This document shows, in pieces, positions 39,600 through 49,879 of a stretch of DNA of 64,000 bases. The position numbers and the translations under genes were made by a program. The first letter of the stretch is position 1, and every line of letters starts with the position of its first letter. The notes below the pieces were generated by a model. The model saw only the letters and a list, made by a program, of their open reading frames with translations. It made no database searches and had not been told where the DNA came from. Source of the DNA: a virus; IMG/VR virus record IMGVR_UViG_3300010354_000003, positions 4,677 to 68,676 of that record. One strand, written 5' to 3'.

Positions 39600-39616
39600 G
39601 GAAACAAACGCACAAA

Positions 39617-39934
39617 ATGAACATAAAAATAGAAGTATATGCGCGACAGGATGAATCGCCTGTTCGCGGAAACGCATCCGCAATATCCGATGAAATCGAC
39701 CGAGAAATCGAAAACGAAATCCTCGAAAGGTTGAATGACGGGGACATTTGGGCATGGGCCCTGGTAGAAGTGCGGGCAACAGACGAAGATTCGGGGGACC
39801 ATGAATCCGAATTCATCGGAGGGTGCTGCTACAAAAACGAAGGGGATTTCAAGATTTTCTCCGGTTACTACGGGGAAATGGCCGCAGCCGCAGCCGTGCG
39901 CTTAATTGAGCGCCGCGCCGCTATTAGTGCATGA
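39617..39934 (+). CDS. Acidic early protein
   Basis: MNIKIEV...DIWAW...FIGGC. Confidence 0.65.
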   Translation: MNIKIEVYARQDESPVRGNASAISDEIDREIENEILERLNDGDIWAWALVEVRATDEDSGDHESEFIGGCCYKNEGDFKIFSGYYGEMAAAAAVRLIERRAAISA

Positions 39935-40069
39935 GAACATTCCTAATTCACCAGCAAAAGCCCATCGTCGTGCCGCTTGGCATGGAAGATGCTGCGAAAC
40001 AAGATGCTCGGGAAGTATTTCCCCTGCACCAAGCAGAAGCAAACGAAGAACAACAACAAGAAAACTAAA

Positions 40070-40246
40070 ATGTTACACATACAAACAAACACGATCCGCG
40101 CCTTCCATGTTTTGTGGGGGGCGAAAACCAGCACAACACCTGTCTATGTCCCCGAGGGAGACTACCTCGCGGAAGGAGACAAGTTCACCCCGCTCCTCGA
40201 TTCGGGCGCGGCTTCAGATAAACACGCTTATATTGTCACCCAATAA
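40070..40246 (+). CDS. Early hypothetical protein
   Basis: A-rich initiation region; 58 aa. Confidence 0.5.
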   Translation: MLHIQTNTIRAFHVLWGAKTSTTPVYVPEGDYLAEGDKFTPLLDSGAASDKHAYIVTQ

Positions 40247-40247
40247 A

Positions 40248-40601
40248 ATGACAACAACACAACACACACCTGGCCCTTGGGTCGTCAACATTTGCAACGA
40301 AAACGGCCCTTTTCTGGATTCGTTTTATCTATCCACGGCCGCCCAGACTTGGGACGGGAACGAGGAAGAGCGAATCGTTTGCCGCTTTCCTACAGGCACA
40401 GGTCAATTTTCCGACATGGGACGGGAAAACCTCGCAAACGCCCGCTTAATCTCAGCCGCACCGGACCTTCTCTCCGCTTTGGAAGAAATTGCATCCCGTG
40501 CATTGCTGGATGTTTGCAAGCACGGAGAAGTGGGTCAACCGTTTTACATTCTGAGTGCTGCCAAGTCAGCAATCGCCAAAGCGAAAGGAGAAACCAAATG
40601 A
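40248..40601 (+). CDS. Phage protein of the HTPGPW...NARLIxAAPDLL family
   Basis: Both conserved motifs are present. Confidence 0.8.
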   Translation: MTTTQHTPGPWVVNICNENGPFLDSFYLSTAAQTWDGNEEERIVCRFPTGTGQFSDMGRENLANARLISAAPDLLSALEEIASRALLDVCKHGEVGQPFYILSAAKSAIAKAKGETK

Positions 40602-41236
40602 AACAGACCACAATTCAGATATACATCGAAGAGGCGCTTTGCGGAGCAACTGTTTTCGCAACATCCCGCCGCACTAAATTTTGCCCACACACGGGGGCGA
40701 GAGCAAATCCGTTGCCCGAAGAAGAGGCCCTCTGGCGAATGATCGCAGGAGAATCGGCGCAATGGGGGATTGGCAGGATAATTGAGCCGAAAGACGGAGA
40801 ATTTGACAACGCAACATGGTTCAAAAACCTTTCCGAAAGGATTGAACGGGTTTGCAATAAACGCAAATTCAAAACCAAGGTGCGTGCGTTAAATTTCACT
40901 CCGCAGGGGTATCCGACAAAGTGGTCTGTGACCGTTTTCTGGAACAAGCCAAATCCGCCCCCGCTTAAAGACACTCCGGGCATTTGGACTTTGCGCCAAT
41001 TTGAAGGGGTGAAAAGGCGGGGGAAGGTTATCCGCGAATTCGGCGGCACGCTTGAGTGCTGCGGAGATGACCTTTACTGCTTCCTGCCAGATGGATGCGT
41101 CCCAGACGGGTATGAAGTTTTCCCTGACTTTCATTCCGTTGTGGTTTGCCAAAGTATAGTGGAAGAAAACGAAAACCCCATCTGGTGGGAATTCACATTC
41201 AAGGCAAAGCGCATTCAGAAAGGAGTCGCGAAATGA
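40598..41236 (+). CDS. Early hypothetical protein
   Basis: AAGGAG upstream and ATGA overlap; 212 aa. Confidence 0.65.
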   Translation: MKQTTIQIYIEEALCGATVFATSRRTKFCPHTGARANPLPEEEALWRMIAGESAQWGIGRIIEPKDGEFDNATWFKNLSERIERVCNKRKFKTKVRALNFTPQGYPTKWSVTVFWNKPNPPPLKDTPGIWTLRQFEGVKRRGKVIREFGGTLECCGDDLYCFLPDGCVPDGYEVFPDFHSVVVCQSIVEENENPIWWEFTFKAKRIQKGVAK

Positions 41237-42709
41237 GGCCACACAAAACGCCAGACTGGATTTTGCAGACTAAATCCATCCGACAAACACGGGAACGCAA
41301 CGCCACAATCCTTGTCGCGATTTGCATCCTCACAATCTCAATCGCAATCGTCGCGCTTATCGCAAAATGATCCACCTACACACACCAACGCAGAAATATA
41401 CATTCCTCACACGGGCCGCTGCGGAGCTATTCGCGGAGACTGAGGAGTTAAACGAGAACCTGTGCATATTGCACGAGGACGGGCGCGTCCTGTCTTTCCG
41501 TAGAAAAGGGGACTCAAAGTTCACAGTAATAACCAAAAAACCAGATGCCCAACTGTAAAGCGGGCAATAACACATGAGTATAATACAACAACTCGCGCAA
41601 ATTGAGTCGCGGGCAAATACATACAACAACCAACGGACGCTTCACATTTACCCGAAGCATCCGGTAGCGGGCGAAACCTCGCCGATAGACGCATTCGATG
41701 TCCGTGTTCCCTATGATAATGCGGAGGATAAATCGAACGCAATGCTGCTTCTGGAGTTATTCAAAGAGAAAGGTATTTGTGCCTCTCTTTGTCTGCCCGG
41801 CGGCAATATCAACAACTTCAAATTCCTTCCTCGCAAAAAATGAAACTTCCGATCACCAAAATAATCGACGCACTCAACGAAGCGGATGCTTTGCTCACAG
41901 ACGGGGGGGAACTCTCTCGCCTTCGTAAAGAGTGGGGTGCTGACGATAGCACCTACCAATGGGCAAAGAATGTCCGCAAACTGATTCAGAAACTGGAGGA
42001 GGCAAAATGAAAGATTATACGCTATTCACCAAACGGACAAACTACCCGAAACTCGGTTATTTGCTTAAAAAATGCAAGGAGGCTGGGCTTCGAGTAAAGA
42101 AAAGCGGCAAGTCATTTCACGCTCCTTGTTCATGGGTTCACAAGGATGACGAGGATGCTGCTTGGGCTATTCTCTCGCCAATTGACAACATTCCGGACGA
42201 CGATAGGAGGTTCGCATGAAAACACACGACGAAGCATTAGACGAAGCCTTCATGCTGTTGAGTGAACAGCACCTAAAAGTGTTCGGGCGTTGCGCCATGT
42301 CTTCCGACTGGGACTTCGATCTGCAATACAAGGAGGAGGGATCGAAGGAATTCTGCATCCGCAGCAAGGATGAACTTGTCGAACTCCATGTTGTTCCGAC
42401 CACTAACATCGGGCGGGCGGCATGGGCTTATGAGGTTTGGCCTATCTTCCCCAACGATGGGCCGGGCAATGAGATGAAATTCCGCAGTCTGCAAGATGCG
42501 GTGTTTGCGTTCATCAAGTTGCAGTTGGAAATGAAGTTGGCACAAAAGCTATGAAACCACCAACCGCCACCATTCATCAACTGCGGGCGATCCTAAAGCT
42601 CAAAAAGCGAATCGGACTCCCTGCTGGCTACCTGTGGGAACTTAACAAGGCAGAAGCGGAGCGGGTTCTTCTGCTCCTGCGAATACAAGCGAGGCGAATC
42701 GCCAGATAG
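41233..42709 (+). other. Run of small early ORFs (41233..41370 with a TM segment, 41367..41558, 41574..41843, 41840..42010, 42007..42219, 42216..42554, 42551..42709)
   Basis: Mostly ATGA-coupled, all on the same strand. Confidence 0.6.
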
Positions 42710-42710
42710 T

Positions 42711-43223
42711 TTAAGACTCCTCCAGCAGCAAAGGCTTTCCATTCTCAGGGATGGAAAGCCTTTCGCTTACCAACTGGATCGCAATGTTCGTTTGATCCTT
42801 GTCGTCCCCGAGTTCCCCGCTTGCCCTCATGTCGAGTTCGATTGCCTTTAACTTGTCCGTAACCTTCGGGCCTTGCAATGTCCGCCTGCCCTCGCCGTCC
42901 ACAGATAAGGAGACAAAGGGTTTTGTTTCATCCACATCTTTTGGCTTGGCCCGTGCGATTTGCGCTAACAACTGCCGCTTCTCCTCGAAAGTCATAACCG
43001 AGTTCTCCCAAGCAGACTTCCGAAGCGTCTCCATATACGCCTTAACATGGGGGCGGGCAGCGATTGCCCTGCCTTTCAAGTATCCATACTTGTGATTGGT
43101 CGTAAGTTTATAGCCAGAGGAATTGTAAGCCTTTGCGTAGGACATTCCAGAGACAAGGTTCCTGGCGAACGCAGTCTCCCACGGGGTTAGCTCCATCTCC
43201 CTACCTTTTGCTTTTCTCGGCAT
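42711..43223 (-). CDS. terS: Terminase small subunit
   Basis: LTPWETAFARNLVSGMSYAKAYNSSGY HTH; 'DKLKAIELD'. Confidence 0.75.
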   Translation of the reverse strand: MPRKAKGREMELTPWETAFARNLVSGMSYAKAYNSSGYKLTTNHKYGYLKGRAIAARPHVKAYMETLRKSAWENSVMTFEEKRQLLAQIARAKPKDVDETKPFVSLSVDGEGRRTLQGPKVTDKLKAIELDMRASGELGDDKDQTNIAIQLVSERLSIPENGKPLLLEES

Positions 43224-43225
43224 AA

Positions 43226-43771
43226 CTATTCGCAACTAAAGATTTGGTTGTTCAGTTTCAACTTCGGCATTGGATTCTTGTTTACAATAAACGACTTGTC
43301 AATGAAGGAGACACGATTTGTCGGCTGGATTGTAAGCCTGTTGTTGTCCAACTGGATGAAGAAGAACTCCTTATCCTGCTCTGGTGTCATGCTATACGAA
43401 TCGTCTATGTGGGCGGCAGAGAAAAGGTATTCCCCTCCAAAGAGTTCGCCGTCTATCCACACAGACACACGCAGACCAGACAAGTGTTCGTTCTCCAAGG
43501 TCGTGAAGTTCCACCCGTAGCAGTTCCAAAGCTGGCTCCGTTGAAGAGTCCACGGCACGGCGTCCTGCCTAAAGGAGACAAAGTGCGGGGGGATGTTGCG
43601 ATACAATGCCCCGCCTTCGCGCAAGATGGCGTTTATTCCCCAGCATCTGGCCGGAATAGCAGTCACCCCTACCCAGACCGCCTCGACGAATCCTTGAGGC
43701 TCCTCGTGCGTAAACGAAGAGTCGATCCAGATATACTGTTGCCTCGGGATGTGACCGATCTTTGTAAACAT
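43226..43771 (-). CDS. Conserved phage hypothetical protein
   Basis: QLWNC...GEYLF...QLDNNRLTIQPTNR. Confidence 0.7.
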   Translation of the reverse strand: MFTKIGHIPRQQYIWIDSSFTHEEPQGFVEAVWVGVTAIPARCWGINAILREGGALYRNIPPHFVSFRQDAVPWTLQRSQLWNCYGWNFTTLENEHLSGLRVSVWIDGELFGGEYLFSAAHIDDSYSMTPEQDKEFFFIQLDNNRLTIQPTNRVSFIDKSFIVNKNPMPKLKLNNQIFSCE

Positions 43772-44097
43772 CACGGGTCGTAACAAGTTCCGTCGTGGTA
43801 AGTCTCCAATCCGAAGTGCAACCCAAGCCGGACCCAAGGCTTCGCATCGTCCTCGTCGTATCCAGACCTGTAGAAGGCAGTCAGTCCACCAGTTCCAGTT
43901 GATCCTCCGTTCTCTGCGACATGCTTCAGCAAGCGGCGTGAGGCGCGGCGGATGTCAAGTGTGTGAGGAATCCTCTCGCCTTCTCCTACAAAGTTCCACT
44001 TCCAATCCAACGCCTCCATAATCTGTTGTGCCTTATGGAACTCAAAGTTGTCCATGATCTCGTCCATCTGCTCTTGGATGGCTTCTTCTTTTGTCAC
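43771..44097 (-). CDS. Hypothetical protein
   Basis: 'IMDNFEFHKAQQIMEALDWKW' motif. Confidence 0.7.
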   Translation of the reverse strand: MTKEEAIQEQMDEIMDNFEFHKAQQIMEALDWKWNFVGEGERIPHTLDIRRASRRLLKHVAENGGSTGTGGLTAFYRSGYDEDDAKPWVRLGLHFGLETYHDGTCYDP

Positions 44098-44327
44098 AGG
44101 TTTCTCCTCGCTTTTAGCTTGCGATACTCCACTACCAAATCCTGCCCGTCCTTCGGGTTGTGCTGGAGTAGGAAGTCCGCAAACTTCTCGTTCATTCGGA
44201 CAAGTTCAAAGACCACTCCGGCAAGGTTGTATTCCCGCTCCATGCTTTTGCCGAGTAGCGTTGCCTGCTCGTTGATTTCTGCTTGGAGGTTGCGAATCTC
44301 ATCCTCCTCTTCCATCACAGGGTTCAT
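44094..44327 (-). CDS. Hypothetical protein
   Basis: 77 aa, coupled to its neighbours. Confidence 0.6.
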   Translation of the reverse strand: MNPVMEEEDEIRNLQAEINEQATLLGKSMEREYNLAGVVFELVRMNEKFADFLLQHNPKDGQDLVVEYRKLKARRNL

Positions 44328-44554
44328 CGGTAGGCGGAGGTTTTCGCGGCGATTTTCTTGGGTTGCCTGACGAACTGCTTGCCAGCGCGATTGCCTTTAG
44401 CCTTGGCGCGGTTGGTTGCAGCCTTTTCGGAGGGAGACAAAGCCTTCCACGCCGCAGCCGGAAGGTAACGCTTCTTGCCCTTCGACGGCTCGCCGCTTGA
44501 GGTCGTCCACTTCTGGGCAGTCCAGTCTTTCAAAGATTGCTGTGGCTTTTTCAT
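44324..44554 (-). CDS. Basic protein, DUF5872-like (SLKDWTAQKW...RYLP)
   Basis: Motif recognition; TAATG overlap with the upstream gene. Confidence 0.7.
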   Translation of the reverse strand: MKKPQQSLKDWTAQKWTTSSGEPSKGKKRYLPAAAWKALSPSEKAATNRAKAKGNRAGKQFVRQPKKIAAKTSAYR

Positions 44555-44736
44555 TAGTCTCGATACCCTCCGCCAGATTTTTTGTATTGAGTTGCAAGTA
44601 GTTGCGCCTTCCTGGCTGACCATTCTCCTGGGTCGCCACCCTTGGTTCCCGCCTTGATCTTGTTGAACAAGCGTTTCCTCATTGTGGGTTTAGTATAATT
44701 ACCCGCAGCGTTTACTTTGCTTTTTGTTTTCTTCAT
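44554..44736 (-). CDS. Basic protein, DUF5872-like (WSARKAQLL...GGGY)
   Basis: Motif recognition. Confidence 0.7.
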   Translation of the reverse strand: MKKTKSKVNAAGNYTKPTMRKRLFNKIKAGTKGGDPGEWSARKAQLLATQYKKSGGGYRD

Positions 44737-45031
44737 AGCGTTTCACCCCTTCTTTTAGGTTCCAGTTCTTCTCTTCAAGGCGGTTGATCTGCCGCCTCAA
44801 AACTTCAATCGTATCAAGTAGTTGCCGTTGGCTCGTCATTATCATCGTCGTCGTCCTTTATTTCCATGAATCCCGCGTATCTGTCTGCAATGATGTAGCC
44901 TACCACGCACCCTACGATGCAACCGATGGATGCCCAAGCTGGAAGCCATTGGATTGCACCGAAGATTAGCACGGCAGGGCAGATGAAGATGAGGGCCAGC
45001 GCAATGATCGCCAGACCTACATCCCACCAAC

Positions 45032-45328
45032 TCACTTCTTCTGGTCTGCGCTCCCGCATACAAGTTGTTCGATGCCTTCGGTTAGCCGAGCGAAGTAAGA
45101 AGACTCATTCTTGTCGTGCATCAACTTCTCCAATGCTCGGACAAGAACTGCGGAGAGCTTCAGCATTTCTGTTGTCTCTTCGATCCGCTCGATGCAGGCT
45201 TTCGAGAAGTCAGTCCCGATCTCCCCCTCGTTCTTGTCCAGCAATACAACTCCGTTGCGCTTGACGATCTCTTCGCACTCTGCGGCAATGTCAAGCAAGT
45301 GGTTCCAGCGTTCGTTAAAGTATGCCAT
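45032..45328 (-). CDS. Hypothetical protein
   Basis: 98 aa, in the operon. Confidence 0.6.
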   Translation of the reverse strand: MAYFNERWNHLLDIAAECEEIVKRNGVVLLDKNEGEIGTDFSKACIERIEETTEMLKLSAVLVRALEKLMHDKNESSYFARLTEGIEQLVCGSADQKK

Positions 45329-45620
45329 TTCGTTTGTTCCAGTTTTTGATTCCGTCTTGTATTTCCTCCAGCATCACACAATACTGGAGCCTATTCTTAA
45401 CTTTCTTTGTTACTGCGTTTTGTATTTGCCTGACTCTTTCTCTTGTAATCCCGAATTTCTTTCCGATTGCGGATAGTGTCTTCGGTTTCTTGGCTTCAAT
45501 CCCAAGGCGCATCTTGATGATCTCAACATCTCTCGGGTCGAGGATTGATTCTGATTCCTTCGCTGCTCGCTCCATCATCGTGAGCGTGGCGCCAATCTCT
45601 TTCATCGCATCTGCATTCAT
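45315..45620 (-). CDS. Sigma-70 region 4 HTH protein
   Basis: IIKMRLG...TLSAIGKKFGITRERVRQIQ. Confidence 0.85.
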   Translation of the reverse strand: MNADAMKEIGATLTMMERAAKESESILDPRDVEIIKMRLGIEAKKPKTLSAIGKKFGITRERVRQIQNAVTKKVKNRLQYCVMLEEIQDGIKNWNKRNGIL

Positions 45621-46654
45621 TTGAGAATCTTGGTTAAGATGTCGTTTGTTTCGTCATCAAACGTCTGCTCGTCGCGCATCTCGGTTAGGAACTCGCGGAG
45701 AATAACTTGTGTTTTGCCTGACAACTGGTGGAAGATTTTCACCAGTGCCGTTGCGAAGTGGAAGGATGTAACTCCAGCGTTGCACATCGCACACTTGGCG
45801 GCAACGATCAGTAGCTCCTCCGCGCCTCCGAACTCCTTGATCCATGTCGTGCTGGTCTTGTCCAGCTTCTGTAAGGGTTCCTTGCCCTTGATCATGCGGA
45901 CATGGGAGCGGGCTTCGGTGCAAGTCCATTGCTCACGTCTGGCAAGGTCGATGAGTTCCTTGATCTTCGCATTGTTCTCCACCTCGTTCTCGCTGAACTT
46001 GGCGGTTGCGATTTCAACTGCGACAGTCGGGCTGATCTCGTGCCTCTGGTGCAAGGGAATCCTCTGCGCCGTGCGGTGCCAGTTGGAAACGGCAGAGTAT
46101 GACATCTTCAGACTCGCCGCGATTTGATACACAACATTTTCGTGACCGAGACGGATGAGGTTGGAGATACCATCGCCTGCCAGCCACATTCCCTTGCTGC
46201 TCATGTCCACGCCCATGCCGATGGCGGCAGCGTAGTCCTCTGGTGTGGGGATCGTGCCGTCCTTCGGCTTGAACTGGGTCATATACTCCCCGAAGTCGAA
46301 GCGTTCGGAAAGCTTGGAATAACTGTTGTCCAGCCGTGAGTTAAGCGCGGAGTCGAGGATGCTCTGCTCTGTTCCTTCTGCCGATACTTGTTTAACAAGC
46401 TCGACAGGAAGCTCATCGATCTCGCCGCTGTCGAATTGAATGATCATGCAGGCTTCTTCCAGCAATGCCCAATGATTCTTCGGGGCGTCCTCGTCAATCT
46501 CCTCGTCCCGTTCGCAACAGGAGATTAGTTTGAGCGCGGTTTTCACATCGGTTTTGTGTTTGATTGCAAGCATTTCGGCAAACTCTTGCCGTGTAACGCT
46601 GCCGTTCGGGGTATTAAAGGTCGCCCGCAACCTTGGTGTTTGTGTGTCCATCAT
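45617..46654 (-). CDS. DNA-binding protein with LmbU-like central domain
   Basis: WLAGD...SYSAVSNW...QR..IS..VAVEIA...A..EQWT...R pattern. Confidence 0.5.
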   Translation of the reverse strand: MMDTQTPRLRATFNTPNGSVTRQEFAEMLAIKHKTDVKTALKLISCCERDEEIDEDAPKNHWALLEEACMIIQFDSGEIDELPVELVKQVSAEGTEQSILDSALNSRLDNSYSKLSERFDFGEYMTQFKPKDGTIPTPEDYAAAIGMGVDMSSKGMWLAGDGISNLIRLGHENVVYQIAASLKMSYSAVSNWHRTAQRIPLHQRHEISPTVAVEIATAKFSENEVENNAKIKELIDLARREQWTCTEARSHVRMIKGKEPLQKLDKTSTTWIKEFGGAEELLIVAAKCAMCNAGVTSFHFATALVKIFHQLSGKTQVILREFLTEMRDEQTFDDETNDILTKILK

Positions 46655-46668
46655 TTTTACTTCAGCAG

Positions 46669-46878
46669 TTAGTGTGCCAAGTCGCGAGAGTATCCTTCTT
46701 CCTCGGACATATACTCCAATTTGCAGATAATTTCGGCAGAGAAAGACCTTCTGTTCTTCGCGGCCTGCTTGGTCAAGTGTTGGTGTAGGTTGAGTGGCAT
46801 ACGGAATCCGACGTAGTGCGTCTTCTCCTGTAGCTTTTTAGACAGGTGTGTTTGTTTTTTTACTGGCATGATTCGCAT
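46669..46878 (-). CDS. Arc-like ribbon-helix-helix repressor
   Basis: FRMPLNLHQHLTKQAAKNRRSFSAEIICKL. Confidence 0.85.
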   Translation of the reverse strand: MRIMPVKKQTHLSKKLQEKTHYVGFRMPLNLHQHLTKQAAKNRRSFSAEIICKLEYMSEEEGYSRDLAH

Positions 46879-47126
46879 TCCTCGTCATCTAAATTGCATT
46901 GAGGTGTGATGAACTCGCTCGGGATGTCGTTGTCTTCGGTCAAGCTGGGTGTTTTGATTGGCTCATCAACCCAATCCGATTTTAATTTAATGATTTTGTA
47001 TACAACCCTCTCAAGAGGAAGGGTGTGGACCCAAAACTGGGCTTCTTCATGGGTGGCAAACCACTTTCCCATTGCCCAATTGTCTGAATCAAGAAACTTT
47101 AGAAGGATTAAATATCCCATGTTCAT
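46860..47126 (-). CDS. Hypothetical protein ending in CxxxxxxCESCQ
   Basis: ORF track. Confidence 0.55.
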   Translation of the reverse strand: MNMGYLILLKFLDSDNWAMGKWFATHEEAQFWVHTLPLERVVYKIIKLKSDWVDEPIKTPSLTEDNDIPSEFITPQCNLDDEECESCQ

Positions 47127-47186
47127 GTTGCCGATTGGGCGGGCCGAGGTAAAATGACAAACCCTCGACCCGCCACTCGGCGCGGG

Positions 47187-47399
47187 CTAAAAAGCGTCTT
47201 CCCTTTGTTTGGGAATACTAACCTTTAGGCTGTAATAGGTTCCCTTGTCGTTTGTTTTTGACCAACCTGCGAGGTCGTAGTCCTTGCCTTCAACATTGAT
47301 CTTGCCCTTGATGTCGGGGTGCTTGTCTTCTGTCTTGTTTTTGTTCTTGGAAAGGACTCCACGATTGGTGTTGTCCCATTTCTTTTCTGTGTTGTTCAT
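47187..47399 (-). CDS. Small single-stranded DNA-binding protein (DUF736-like)
   Basis: NRGVL...HPDIKG...LAGW...YYSL; follows the ERF gene. Confidence 0.78.
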   Translation of the reverse strand: MNNTEKKWDNTNRGVLSKNKNKTEDKHPDIKGKINVEGKDYDLAGWSKTNDKGTYYSLKVSIPKQREDAF

Positions 47400-47401
47400 A
47401 A

Positions 47402-48097
47402 TTATTTCTCGTAGATTGCCTTCCATTCGACGATTACGCCGATAGTTTGCTTGATGTCCTTCAAGAACTTGGACGCGGTGTCGTCTTTCATTTTGAAGAA
47501 GTCGTTTGCTTTCTCGGGAACAGCGCCAGCGTGGTGCATTGCGCCGAGGAAGTCTGATGGTGTGTAGCCAGCCTTGGCAAGCTCCTCAAATAGTCCCTTG
47601 TGGTTAGGACCAGAGAACTTGGGTGAGTCTGGCTTAGGATCAACCTTTGCCTCCGGTTCCTCAACCTTGGGTGCCTCGATCTTGGGTGCTGGCTTGCTTG
47701 CCGTGCGCCCCATCGCAGCCTCACCATCGTCGTCATCGGGGCATGCCATGACCATTGCCTGCAAGGCGTAACGCCGTGCGTAGCTGATTAACGAACCGAT
47801 GCCTTGAGGGTCTTCCTTGGCGGGCTTCATGTAGGTCGTGCTGCGAACCCACTGTCCCGAGGAGTGCATTAGTTGAGTCTGAACGTAGTATCCGCGCTCA
47901 TCTGAGCCAGGCATCTGCACCACGCTCAGTCCGTTCTTGGACAATGTTGGCCTGACTGCTTCCCACACCGCCGCAAGGGTGGCGTAGTGAGATTTGAAGT
48001 AAGGGTTAGCTGCGTCCTTGTGAACGCTACCGATATCGGCTTGTGCTTTAGCCAGCGCCGCCGCGAGGTCTGCAATGTTGTCTGATTGTGTGTTCAT
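47402..48097 (-). CDS. erf: ERF-family ssDNA annealing protein
   Basis: NPYFKSHYATL, PQGIGSLISYARRYAL, DDDG. Confidence 0.92.
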   Translation of the reverse strand: MNTQSDNIADLAAALAKAQADIGSVHKDAANPYFKSHYATLAAVWEAVRPTLSKNGLSVVQMPGSDERGYYVQTQLMHSSGQWVRSTTYMKPAKEDPQGIGSLISYARRYALQAMVMACPDDDDGEAAMGRTASKPAPKIEAPKVEEPEAKVDPKPDSPKFSGPNHKGLFEELAKAGYTPSDFLGAMHHAGAVPEKANDFFKMKDDTASKFLKDIKQTIGVIVEWKAIYEK

Positions 48098-48110
48098 TTT
48101 TTTTGTGTGG

Positions 48111-48293
48111 TCAGATGTTCGCATCCGACGCAATGGAATCTACGACTTCTTGGTGCGTGACACAAGAATTATTTTCATTTTTTTTGCTCATCACTTTTGC
48201 ATACTTCGCAGCCCATTCATCCCGTTGCTTTAACGCATTGGTTAGTCTGCGCTTGAGTTGCTTGATTTCTCTCTTCAGTTCTTCTTCGCTCAT
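48111..48293 (-). CDS. Small coiled-coil protein
   Basis: ATGA overlap. Confidence 0.55.
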   Translation of the reverse strand: MSEEELKREIKQLKRRLTNALKQRDEWAAKYAKVMSKKNENNSCVTHQEVVDSIASDANI

Positions 48294-49045
48294 TTCGGGG
48301 GAGTGTAGTTGTTCATTGCCTGCCAGATTGCGCAGACATGGGTAAATGTGCTGAACTCCTTCTTCAAGGTGGATTCGTCATACCAAGCGTCACCAACTCG
48401 GCCTGGCTCTGTTGTGCTGATGTAGAGGTTCACACCACGGGTGGCTCCCGCAACGCTTGCATAAGCCGCAATCTGCATCGGCTCCTTGCTCCACGGCTTG
48501 ATCTCATACTCTGGCTTGGTCTTGCGGCTCTTGTAGTCGAGGATGTGCAGCACTCCGTTGACTTCGATCAGAGCGTCTGTTGTGCCAGCGTAGCCAATCC
48601 GTGGGTTCACCAAGCGGAGTTCGTGCTGGAGGAACTTGACGTTGTGCTTTACTGCCCACTCCTTGACGGGCGCAACGTAGGTTTCCATTGCCGGATCGTA
48701 TGGTTGGCCTTGGAAGTGAAGTTCCAGCGACTTGTGGATTTGCGTTCCCAAGTCAGCGGCATCGTCAACTTGCTTGAATGCATCTTCCATGATGCGGGAG
48801 CAGTATGCTTCATCTGTCTCACCTTCTTGGCGGGGCAACGTAAGGCTGGCGAGCAAGACTTGCTGTTGTTTCCAGCGGTCCAGTTCGGGCGCAGCCAGCA
48901 CCTTCATTATCGTTGTGACGCTTGGGTAAAGACCGAGCGATTTGCAATCTTTCAGCGTTGTCGGGCGCATTCCGCCCTTCGATTTATTTGGCACCTCAAA
49001 GACTGCGGTGCCGTCCTTCTGGTAGTAGTGACCAGATTCTTTCAT
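48290..49045 (-). CDS. PD-(D/E)XK exonuclease (recombination)
   Basis: PSVTTI, GTQIH, YAGTTD, LDYKS, QIAAY. Confidence 0.88.
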   Translation of the reverse strand: MKESGHYYQKDGTAVFEVPNKSKGGMRPTTLKDCKSLGLYPSVTTIMKVLAAPELDRWKQQQVLLASLTLPRQEGETDEAYCSRIMEDAFKQVDDAADLGTQIHKSLELHFQGQPYDPAMETYVAPVKEWAVKHNVKFLQHELRLVNPRIGYAGTTDALIEVNGVLHILDYKSRKTKPEYEIKPWSKEPMQIAAYASVAGATRGVNLYISTTEPGRVGDAWYDESTLKKEFSTFTHVCAIWQAMNNYTPPK

Positions 49046-49078
49046 TTTGGTTTTATTTCTGCGTGTGTTGTTCTGTGC

Positions 49079-49879
49079 TTATTGTTGGACACTCTGGTTG
49101 CACAAGGGACAGAGCGTGAAATTGGGCTTGCTGATTCCGTTCCAATACCAGCCCACGATAAGGAAGAATGCAAGCATTAGGGCAAGAACGATGATGCTGT
49201 TAATCTTGCTTTTCATCGTCGGTCCATTGCCTCCATCCAGACAGTTCTTCCCTTGGCGTGGTGTCGAGCGCGACATCGTAGCTGATGTTCATGCTGCGGG
49301 TCAGTTCGACGGCGACAGTGTTCACTTGTTTAACAATAATGAACTGGTAGCAGAAGATGTCTCCGTCCGGAAGGCAGTATTCTTTCAATTCAAATTTCAA
49401 TTCTTCTTCCGAGCAGTAAGGTCCAAGGACAATTGCCTCACCTACGCAATCCTCTCTCTCGTATCCGTCAGATACGTCAATGGCGTAGTAGGTTGCCTGC
49501 TCTACTGGCTGCGCTTCTGGTTTCTTTACAGGTTTTTTTTTAGCTTTCGCTTTCATTCTCTTGTTTGGTTTGTTGTTTTGATGCCCGACGATTGTAGTCG
49601 CGGGGTGATTTGTGTGTCTTGGGTGGTGGAAGGGTTGGTTTCCTAATAAACCGGATCATATGCAAACGCGGAGGTAAACTGATCTTCATCGCGGGAAAGT
49701 TAGAACCAACCGTCAGCCTCGTCAAAATCTTTTTTGTCGAAGTATTCGGCTTTGATTGCAAGTGCCTCCTCGTAATACCGCTGCGCCTGCTGGAATTTTT
49801 CCTGCACGTCGAGGTGCCAGATTTGCTGGGCCTTGTCGAGTAGCCAGTATGCCTTTCGGAATGCTTCGTCGGTTGTCAT
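49079..49879 (-). other. Small ORFs (49079..~49216 with a TM segment, 49200..49556, 49540..49689 basic, 49700..49879)
   Basis: Coupled starts and stops; 49700..49879 (MTTDEAFRK...) was translated manually. Confidence 0.55.
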
